From Eledone cirrhosa (taxonomy: Eukaryota), in the NCBI GenBank assembly GCA_964016885.1, contig OZ024740.1, forward strand, positions 127,906,001 through 127,970,000: a stretch of DNA of 64,000 nt, written 5' to 3'. Shown one piece after another: positions 52,842-64,000 of this stretch. The number at the start of each line of letters is the position of its first letter. The stretch's first letter is position 1. Position numbers and translations under genes: made by a program. The notes beneath the pieces were generated by a model. The model saw only the letters and a list, made by a program, of their open reading frames with translations. It was not told the DNA's origin and searched no databases.

Positions 52842-54227
52842 AATGGGCATGGTTATAGGAATAAGAATGACAACTGTACGAACGCGCATGCGCAGAAACC
52901 CGGTCACTTCACACAAGCAATACTAGACTGCGTGCGATAGGTGTAAGGGAGATAACTGCGAAAGTCCGAAAAGTGTTTAGGTTGAAAATAAAATTACAAA
53001 GAATCAGTCCGGAGCCTTGTAGTTATGCATTACGTGTTTGGTGACTTGTGGACAACGTGTGAAAAATTCATTTCTCGTGTTTAAGCAATCACAATTGCCT
53101 AATCTCTTTAGAATAGTTATTTCTTTATCTCTTTAGAATAGTTAAGTTAGACCTTCGAACACACACCCACAGACACTCCCATAAGCTAAACGAGAAACTC
53201 AATTACATTCACAAGGACTCATGCCACCCTCCCACTGTTTTTAGAACATTTGTTAAGAATATCAGTACTGGAATCTCAACCCTGTCCTCTAATAAGGCTA
53301 TCTTTGACAGGGCGGCACCCTACTATAACACGGTGTTGTCTAACAGCCGCTTATCACAACCTATCACTTACTATCCCACTAGCAATAACACCATTAAGAA
53401 AAGTAAGCGCAACAATAGACAAACTATCTGGTTCTCTCCTCCCTTCTTACTCAACGTTAAAATCAATGTAGGAAACAAATTTATAGCCCTCTTAGATAAA
53501 TACTTTCCCATATGTCATAAATACCGCTCCATCTTTAACCGACACAAAGTAAAACTAGGATACTCCTACGCTAAGAACATGTAGGCCCACATCACCAGCA
53601 GCCCTAGGAGCAACACCCCAACAGTGTGCTCTTGCCGTAAGCCTGAAGATTGCCTCCTTCAACAGCAATGCAACATACCAGCTGTAATTTATGAAGCTGT
53701 GGTCACTTCCAACCGACCAAACGAACCACAGGAGGTCAAATCCTATGTGGGCATGGCGGAGGGCCGATTTCAGGAACGTTTCCTCAATCACCAGTCTACC
53801 TTCAGGTACCCGGACAGACGTTTATCCACGAAACTCGCAAGCCCCGTATGACCCCTCAAGGACTCAAGTATAGACTACTCCATTCAATGGAAAGCCATCA
53901 TAATGTCCAAGGGGAAATCCGACGTGTGGCTTATGTATTGACGAATGAATAACTATTCTAAAGAGATTATGCAATACTGATTGCCTAAACACGAGAAATG
54001 AATGTTTCACACGTTGTCCACACGTCGCCAAACACCTATTGCATAACTACAAGGCTCCGGACTGTTTCTTTGTAATTTTATTTTCGACCTAAAAACCTTT
54101 CGGGCTTTCGCAGTTATCTCCCTTACACCTCTCGCACGCAGTCTAGTATTGCCTGTGAGAAGTGACCGGGTGTCTGCGCATGCGCGTTCGTACGGTTGTC
54201 CTCCCTGTTCCTATAACCATACCCATT

Positions 54228-54267
54228 CCGAGCTGAGGAACCGCTAAGGTGAAACTATTGTTCTCGG
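54228..54267 (+). ncRNA. Minimal hammerhead ribozyme
   Basis: CCGAG-CTGAGGA-ACC(gctaa)GGT-GAAAC-tatt-GTT-CTCGG; stem I extended by ACCATA/TATGGT. Confidence 0.78.
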
Positions 54268-54338
54268 TATGGTGAACTAACTGTTGTGTAACCACATATA
54301 TATATATATATTGAGATGGAGATTTTGTGGTTCTTCTC

Positions 54339-54450
<112 letters not shown>

Positions 54451-54844
54451 TATATATATATATATATAAACAAGGTTTAGCAAATAATTGCTAAACCTTG
54501 TTTATATATGTTCTGGCTCGTTAATTTATTAACCTGCCATTTAACCACATTGGCATTTGGTTGGACAATACATGCGTCCCTTAGCGCCTTGTGCGTGAAG
54601 GAACACATATCCTATTATATATATATATATATATATGAGAAGAATCACAAAATCTCCATCTAAATTCTACTTTTGAAAAGCAGAGGAACTGCGAAACCGG
54701 CAAAGGAAGCAAATAATTATATATTTAAACAAAAAAGTCTCTATTTGCATTTTCGATTTCATCTTTTTTCCTTATACTTTCACCCATGTAGGACACCTCG
54801 GTTTTTTTTTATTTCGTTAAAGAACTTCACTTTCTAATATATAA

Positions 54845-54928
<84 letters not shown>

Positions 54929-54931
<3 letters not shown>

Positions 54932-55445
54932 CAAGGTTTAGCAAATAAGAAAAAGTTTCTAAATAAATTTTTAAAAATTAACTTTACTTACTATGGTTAC
55001 CTTTACCGAATCGGTTTCGATGCTGCTAGTTATAGTGGTAGTAGACTGACCTCCCTGCCTTTGCATCTATCTTTACACACGGCACTTGAAGGAATTGCTC
55101 CCACATCATTTATTCTCATCTCGGGAACAATTTTGAATAACGCCTGTTCGTAATTTGAACTCGGGAATTTCATATTCTCCAAGTGAGAAGATCCATCTGA
55201 CGAGAGTTTATCTTTGCAATGGATGCCGTAAGGACTGTCCGTTTGTCTTTGAGACTCGAAACCGATTCGGTAATGGTAACCATAGTGTGTAAAGTTAATT
55301 TTTTAAAATTTATTTTGAAACTTTTTCTTATTTGCTAAACCTTGATTATATATGTTCTGGCTCGTTAATTTATTAACCTGCCATTGAACCACATTGGCAT
55401 AGGGTTGGAAAATACATGTGACCCTTGGCGCTTTGTGCGTTTAGA
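54929..55445 (+). mobile_element. Non-coding hammerhead element: inverted arm 54929-55020, body, tail
   Basis: The arm is the reverse complement of 55256-55348; tail 55350-55445 recurs at 54505-54610 and 47195-47270. Confidence 0.75.
55193..55276 (+). ncRNA. Canonical type I hammerhead ribozyme
   Basis: CCAT-CTGACGA-GAGT...ACTC-GAA-ACCG(att)CGGT-A-ATGG; GUA site at 55272. Confidence 0.82.
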
Positions 55446-56111
55446 GATATATACTTTATTATATATATATATATATATATACATATATATTATTGAATAA
55501 CGTGACAGGAGGCCGGATAGTCACTTTATTCAATAATATTTAAATTCGTTCACACACCACCAGCAGAATCGTACGACAAAGATGATTGTATTACATCACG
55601 CTGTGTGCTTTTCCTACTCTTGCATCATGATTAACTGTACGGAAAGATAAGTTCTACCCAGTGGTGAACCAGCAACGTTAATGTGTATACATAAATATAT
55701 ATATACAAACATACTTCCTCACAGTATTATCCATATGCGAAATGGATACAAGGTTTTACATATACAACTAGCGTTCATATAAGGCCATCCTGGACATGTC
55801 TTTGATGTAGAAAATATGTTCCATATCGAATGGCTTACCTATCGTAGGATCAGTTGAAAACTCTTCTATTTATAATTGCCACTAAATATATGTTTATAGC
55901 TTATGCGTTCATGTATAACATCTCAAATATTCACTACCTATTACAATGGTGCGTCCCTGTTTTAAGGTCAAGCATAGTATTTGGAAAATTAGCTATCGTT
56001 AGGTTAGAAGCATTTCATAATATGTAAGCCAAACATTCGAAATACCTACCGCGTTCTTTTTCGATATGATTATGGTGTCGTGGTTCATGTAGTATTTTCA
56101 AATATACTATG

Positions 56112-56168
<57 letters not shown>

Positions 56169-56259
56169 GTGTTAAGTGTCGTTATTATGATGGTTGTGTA
56201 ATAGGTACAAACATACTGTATGGTTGTGATGTTTTGTGATGTCTTAATATATATATATA

Positions 56260-57491
56260 TGGTAAATTTCTTTAAGTCGTTTGGAAGCCTCGACAATGCA
56301 GATGGGTAAATCTCCGGGTAACAAGATCCGGTGGTGTAGAGAGAGCTGTAAATGGGTGTACGTTCAGATGCGTGGCGTGTATAAGACTGTAGCGTGTAGA
56401 GGAATGAAGGAAAGAGCGTAAAGGTTAAAAATAAAAATAACAACACGAGAATGAGTTACCTTGGGAGAGATTTAATTGTCCCTATATATTTGGGATTCAC
56501 ATCCATCAACTGGGTTTTTTCCGGGGGGGGGGTCTGTTGGAGAGGTGCGAAACGTGTCCTCTGCTGTTCGTTGTTTTGAATACCTGAGGTATTCAGTAGA
56601 GCGCGCGTGCGCGTGAAATGGGGTCGGTCAGGCAGAGGTCAGCGACCGAAGTAGTTCTTACAATTGTGGGAGTGGGGTGGCGCTAGCTGTCAGTCCATAG
56701 TATTCTCTGCCTGTTTGGTGAGTGTTACTGTGTGTGTGTGTGTGTGTGCGTGTGTTGTTGTCTCGCTTGAGTGTGTGTGTGTGCGTGTGTTGTTGCTTTG
56801 TTCCTCTATATTGGCAGTGTAGTATGTTCGTATGGTGGAATGCTACTATGTGTGTATGTGTGTGTGCGTGTGTTGCTGTCTCGCTTGTGTGTGTGTGTGC
56901 GTGTGATGCTGCATCGTTTGTTAACTTAAACCAACCACCTCATTTCGCTTCTCTCGGATCGGTTGTTTAATTGTGGCCCTAGGCGTTTGATCCAAATTGC
57001 TTCCTTGTTACGTAATGTGCCGACGTTTCTTTCTGTCGCTAGAACTGTTACAATGGTTCTTTTGTCCTTGTTTCCGCATTTGGCTATCTGTTTCCGGAAA
57101 GACGAGGCCCTTGTGTTAGTGTACTCCTTCAAAACAACGAATAGCGGAGGACACGTTTCGCACCTTTCCGAGAGACAACCCCCCCCCCCGGAAAACCCCC
57201 CAGTTGATGGATGTGAATCCGAAATATATAGGGACAATTAAATCTCTCCCAAGGTAACTCTTTCTCGTGTTGTTATTTTTATTTTTATCCTTTACGCTAT
57301 TTCCTTCATTCCTCTACACGCTACACTCTTATACACGCTACGCATCTGAACGTACACCCACTTATATCCCTCTCTCCACCACCGGATCTTGTTACCCGGA
57401 GATTAACCCATCTGCATTGTCGAGGCATCCAAACGACTCAAAGAAATTTACCTTATTATTCAACAATGCTTCAAGCAAACTTCAATACTCT

Positions 57492-57492
<1 letters not shown>
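56260..57492 (-). mobile_element. PLE remnant with inverted terminal repeats (family of 32620-33601)
   Basis: GIY-YIG C-terminus on minus 56926-57125; arms ~56260-56580 and ~57130-57452; ~40 nt tail on the right arm only. Confidence 0.82.
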
Positions 57493-57567
<75 letters not shown>

Positions 57568-57584
57568 ATCCGGCATTATTACCA

Positions 57585-57673
57585 GTGTCCGACGAACCTG
57601 CAGTTTCCAGAATCAGACAGATCCATACAATGATCGTGTCACGAGCTGTCTGCCGGCGAAACAATTGTAACAC
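57585..57673 (+). ncRNA. Degenerate hammerhead (U4 to C)
   Basis: GTGT-CCGACGA-stem II-GAAAC-AATT-GTA-ACAC. Confidence 0.55.
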
Positions 57674-57791
57674 AATAAATTGAGTCAAGATGCATCAGTG
57701 ATTTTTTGTTTTATATTATATCACACTCTGCTCTGTAATAACATAGTGTGCTCAACCGGCATACCGCCTTTGGAAGCATCATAGCTACCAT

Positions 57792-57854
<63 letters not shown>

Positions 57855-57859
57855 ACACA

Positions 57860-57904
<45 letters not shown>

Positions 57905-58753
57905 TCAAACATGTTATATAGAAATCACGACAGTCCTTTAAGGATTTTCCGTATTTCCTTATTTGTACTGTATGTATAATTTGGAAGAGTAGAGTTCTTA
58001 AATTGTATAATACAAGAACCATACGCACCATGGTTACTACCGAATAAATACGTCATTAAAAATCTCATGAAGCAAAATACCACATACACAGATCTTAACG
58101 AAGGGTATATAACAAAAACAAAACAAAACAAAAACCTCTTTATCACGAACCACAGAGAGGTAGACAACATAACGTACTACAAATGAACAATACGCTATAT
58201 AAAATCCAATGCAAATATCAGTCCCGGACTTCATAATCAAAATTGTTACATAGACCACATAAGTATTGCACCTTCCACTTGGTTAACCCTGTACTTACAA
58301 AAAGAAAATATAGCAACACATTTCCATACTGTACATGCAGAGAAAATTAGATAGGACAATATAAGTCGATAACACTACAATTCTATATAGAATTCCAATC
58401 ATAACGAAGCGAACAACTATTAAAAGTCTACTAGCTTAATAATATAGACCAAAAAGAAATAAACACATAAAGCATACGTGAAACTAATTATAATGATTAT
58501 AATTTCCAATATTAAACCCAATGAAAAATTTTATATCAGGCGTTCCCGATCACCTATCGTTTGCATGATACTTTACGACTACATGCTTGACACTTGTAAT
58601 TCGGACTTGTTTGTAGTGGAATCATTGGAACGACAATACAGACATTATTTGGGGACACTTGTGTTCCAAATTAAACATAAAGAGCTAATGAGAAAAAATG
58701 TCCTTAATAAAAATGATCAAATTGAAGCTCATTCCAGTTTTGGATATAACACG

Positions 58754-58898
<145 letters not shown>

Positions 58899-59199
58899 TA
58901 AAAGAGAGAGAGTAAGAGAGAATTATTTCAATAGTCAATATATTCAGCTGTATGTTTTATTTTTTATTAGAATATTCAATCAATCTAAACATCCGCGTAG
59001 AGATAATATGCCACGACAGCCTCTCTAATACTCTGTACAATTAAGAAACCAAAGCAAGAGACAGAGGGAGAAAGGGAGTCAAAGAGAAGGGAAAAGTAGC
59101 ATAAATAAAAAAAAGATGTAAAGAACAAGGACAACTAAAAACAGCTAAATATTTCTGTAAATGCCTTTCAGAATCGCAACGAACTGGATAACATTGCAC

Positions 59200-60350
59200 T
59201 ACCCATTTTGGTAGGCCATTGACATTTTATATACCTTCTATCTTAGTAGTTCTTTAAAGATCAGCTTTAAAATGCTCTCTGTATCAGACTGGTAGTTTTA
59301 CATAGGAACAAATAGTGCCATAGTATTTCTGAGTAGTCTCTACATGAACAGAGAGGTGACTCGATGTGACGTATCCATGATAAAATGTATTTCTAGGATA
59401 TATGGTCTGTTCATTCTTATTCTTTATTTATATTATTCAGTGCCTGATACATTTTAGAGTTTGATAGATCAGGCATAGGTTACCGAAGATTGATATTTGA
59501 GAGCTTATCTTTAGGTTCTTTCCAAAATATTTCACACCCTTCACTAATTATATTTTTGCTTGCAATATTTGACTTGCGATGAATTTGGAATTTAATCTAT
59601 ATCTATCATTTCACTTTGAGCATATTCCTTTGCTAATTCATCTACTTTTCTGTTTGCACTAATATCTGCAGGGTCTGCTATCCAAAATATTGTTATTCGT
59701 TTAATATTTTTCAGATACGTCGTTATATCATAACAGCTGAACACTTTATTTCTCTAACTCGATACTTTTGTCTTAATTGAAATAGTTCCAGGTTCGATAA
59801 ACTATTAGTAAATAGAAATCCTTCTCTCCGTGTGATTTCTTTAGCAAAGTATATAGATACTATCATTCTCCACCACACCGTATCAATTATTGTGAAATTC
59901 TGGTGTAAACCGAAGCACATATTTGTGTCATTATTTTGAAAACAAGAAATAGCTTCACACACTTCTCGCTTGTCTGAATGTGTATAATTTTCATTAAAGG
60001 CCCAGTTGATAAAACAGTTTAACTGTGTGATGTTGTTATAGCATTCATTCGAATATTTAATTATTTTGAACACTTTTAATTGGTGTACTCCTGGAGAAAG
60101 CCAGCTATCATGCTGTTTCCATTTTCCTTTAATCGAAGCAGATAGAAATTTACGTTTCCTGGATAGTTCTAACGACAAATGAATTCGGGTTAACTCCGCT
60201 ACATAAAAGATAATTATGTTGGGCGTATAATCTAGACAATTCAATAAAATGTCCCTCTCTGATTTCGAGATTTGACGATAGCTGGAATATAGCTAGTGCT
60301 TATATCTCTCCATAACCAGCTGCCAAAAGACATTCAGCTTAATTTGTTAG
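59200..60350 (-). pseudogene. Decayed RNase H-containing LINE 3' region (I-group-like)
   Basis: FLFTNSLSNL and ITIFWIADPADISANRKVDELAK resemble RNase H motifs IFTDSLSAL and WVPGH.GI.GNE.AD.LAK. Confidence 0.6.
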
Positions 60351-60664
60351 AATTTTACTAAAAATTATGTGTGAAGCGAGTGTACATTTCATATTTATGT
60401 AATAAAATATAGTTGAAACAACAGAAAATGATTTCAATCTATAAAAAATATAAAACCGTGTATTCATATATATGTGTGGAGTGGTGTTTATAAATACAAA
60501 TATAGAGAATGTATATATTTGTATAAGTATAACGATTATAAATATAAGGCATTGGTTTCTATCTGCATTGAATCATTCAGAAAATATGATTTGTTGAATT
60601 TTATCTTTAAAACAGTCTATTTCTATAGTAGATTGAACAAGTACTCTATGAAGTTCGCCCTCAA

Positions 60665-60912
<248 letters not shown>

Positions 60913-61527
60913 AAAATATCTATATGCGTGTGTAATTAATACACGCATACATTTATTTTTTTTAATTTCAATTGAGTTCTTAACACGTTGGATTGATAAT
61001 GTTTTTGAAAAAACTAATTAACCCACGTGTTTATTATTTTCTTTTCTCGTGAATCGTGGTTGTCTCCCTTTCCCGCTTAGTGACGCTATGATACTTCGTC
61101 AGTCAATAGACTGCTGGAATTTCAAATTTGGCGGTCATTCGATGCGTGAGGTAGCAGCTTAGCAGACACGATTTTTAACTGCTGTAAGCATTTTTTCTTA
61201 TATCAAAGTTAATGGGCTTCCACTGAAGATTTATAAGTGCCCACCTAAATATATTCTTACATGAATATATGTTAGGCTTCTACATAAACTGGAAACATTC
61301 TCCCAATTTGTAGAAACCTTATAATGAAACAATTGTTTGGAAAGTGAGATATATTTTAACTTTAATTATATCTCATAAAATAATACAACTGGCTTTCCAC
61401 AAAATACATATAGTTAGCGCCCCAAACACTTAAATTGGGTTTATACTAACATATAACCTAATGTTTGCTGAGTGAAATGGTTACCAGTCGGAGTGTAGCT
61501 TTAAGCTATCCCTGTTATTGTATTAAA

Positions 61528-61846
<319 letters not shown>

Positions 61847-62350
61847 GTTAAAAGAATAGAGGTATAACACACAAGTTATTATATATTGGTAAACGGAATA
61901 GAAAATGCTGACAAATTGTTCACAGTTGAAAAATGGTTTAATTAGGAATAAAAGAGTATTAATAATTGTATGGGTTAGTATTCAGTTGTGGTTTTAATTT
62001 TTAAAGTTTTTACCGGTTGCGCATTTCTAAATGCTTTTCACATGACCTCTACCGACCAATCAAAATTGTTTTGACCACAAGAATTTTTGCAACACCAAAG
62101 TAGCGCTGGAGCCACTTTCTTAACATAAAAACAGGTAGAATTCCCAAAACTAATCAGATCAGAGCAAACAACACGGACACTCTATCTCAAAATTATTTTT
62201 GAAAAGCATTTAGAAATGCGCAACCGGTAAAAACTTAAAAACTGAAAACCACAACGGAATACTAACCCATACAATTATTAATACTCTTTTATTCCTAATT
62301 AAACCATTTTTCAACTGTGAACAATTTGTCAGCATTTTCTATTCCGTTTA

Positions 62351-62354
<4 letters not shown>
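61847..62354. mobile_element. PLE-type asymmetric hairpin with a mutated hammerhead
   Basis: 61886-62040 is the reverse complement of 62199-62354; extra tail 61847-61880; (AT)n flanks; body related to 43820-44020. Confidence 0.75.
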
Positions 62355-62430
<76 letters not shown>

Positions 62431-63399
62431 TAAAAAGAATTCCAACTTTGTTTTATTTACAATCCTTTAAAATTATAATGATATTATAATGAAATAGAAT
62501 GGTAGAATATTAAATCTTCATTGAACAAGTACTTTCATGCTTTCGCAATCTTCTGGTTCATATTCAACGCAGATCATATAAAACGTGTTTCAGTCATATT
62601 CTAGTTTCGAATCTATTGAAAATCACCTAACGCCAAGGAAACATTCACGTTGAATACAAACGAATTAATATAATATCTTTGTACATTCAAGAGAGTCGAT
62701 ATGTGGTCGATTTATGTGCCAAAAATATCAGGCAAATCTCTCTCAAATCAGACACTAAAAACAAGGAAATGAGCTATTGGATAATGTAGTCTAAGATATT
62801 TTATGTCTTAAAATAGACTGGATAATCTCCGTGATTCTTATGCAGTTTGACTGTATATGTTTCCCCTTTCTGGACTGATAACGGGTTATACAATATCTCC
62901 ACATCATAGGAAAATTATATTTAAATTTAAATTTGAGTGCAAAACATTAACTGGATATACTGTAAGGAAAAGAAAATATTAAATGTTGATGTGTTTTAAC
63001 TTTACGTTTCCTCAAAGGTCCTGACAGATTTGTAATTATTTTTACGAGACAAGAACACCACTCCCTCATTGCATAACCCGCTTAAAATCGCAACCAAATT
63101 TTCGTAAATTTAAACCTAACTCTGTTTAAAATTGACATACCTTGGATGGTGGGTTTCCGCACACACACTATCTGAAAGTAAAGATATTAGAAGGTCGTTA
63201 CTGGAAAACCTTTTGAACAGAGCCAAACTGAAGTTAAAAACCCTCGCTTGTATTAAATAGTATGGTGTTTTATATTCCACCGATTATCTAAAACAGCTTT
63301 TACCAGTATGCCATTTTCAATGTTGTTTTGAAACCCAAGACATCAGGGTTATCATATATAATGGTTTCTGATTTAAGTATATGGCCAACAATATTATTA

Positions 63400-63578
63400 A
63401 CCCAGTGAAAAGTCGATTAAATCAACCACAGTACGTTATTGGTCCCTTATTTCTTCGATATTGTAAGCACGCAAGACAAACTAACCGCAGCGGGATTTGA
63501 ACCCAGAAGGTAAAACGACGTAACTCTATAACGTTGAGCTTGCTGGCCAACGCTCTGCTAATACTGCCAATCCACTGC
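63400..63578 (-). mobile_element. tRNA-derived SINE (same family)
   Basis: Minus-strand TGGCAGTATTAG ... GGGTTCAAATCC. Confidence 0.65.
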
Positions 63579-64000
63579 TCTAAGAACATTATATATAATA
63601 CGGATAATTTGCTTTTGTTTCATGCTGCTTTTGTGGTTGTGGTGGTGCGGGGGTATTTCCTCCTTAACCATGATCGAAAAAGTATCTAAGATTGTATTAT
63701 TCAATGTTTACTCCTCTCTAAAACGAAAGAATATTCTCTTAGAAATATAGCTGTTGGTCAACCACCGTCTTAATGATTGCAACTTCTATGTTACACAGGC
63801 ATAGCATAACACATTTCATTCTCAGTCTATCTATTGTGGTAGAATGATTCTAAATATTTATTTCCTCATCCTTATCTTTTTTTTTTATATTTCTATCTAG
63901 GTACGACAGTATTTGTGTTCGGAAAAATGGTGCTATGCTAAATCGAAACCATTTAAAGTGGGTGTCGGACTGCGCCAAGGGTGCGTACTAACACCTCTCC

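Larger units (their letters stand above)
52704..54295 (+). mobile_element. Penelope-like element remnant with inverted terminal repeats, in (AT)n
   Basis: Decayed thumb/GIY-YIG 53150-53990 (TIWFSPPF, CSC-x5-C-x5-C, VIY..SYVG..R..NH); arms ~52772-53075 and ~53992-54295; ~70 nt tail on the left arm only. Confidence 0.82.

Overview
Eukaryotic (animal) intergenic DNA made almost entirely of retroelements and microsatellites; I find no convincing host gene. The repeat style suggests an invertebrate such as a cephalopod, which is an unverified impression. 1-29.8 kb is a head-to-tail nest inside a split (TAA)n microsatellite. It holds seven R4/Dong-type non-LTR retrotransposon copies (RT + CCHC + restriction-like endonuclease) from two families, all on +, one with an intact 1215-aa ORF. 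Two antisense L1/Tx1-type copies (APE + RT) sit in the same tract. 30-64 kb is an (AT)n-rich zone with many Penelope-like element (PLE) insertions, most forming asymmetric inverted repeats with a 3' tail on only one arm. Several carry type I hammerhead ribozymes that I folded by eye (canonical CUGANGA cores and U3-A8 variants). CR1-like and RNase H-bearing LINE remnants, tRNA-derived SINEs and a possible non-autonomous Helitron are also present. Element boundaries are approximate.
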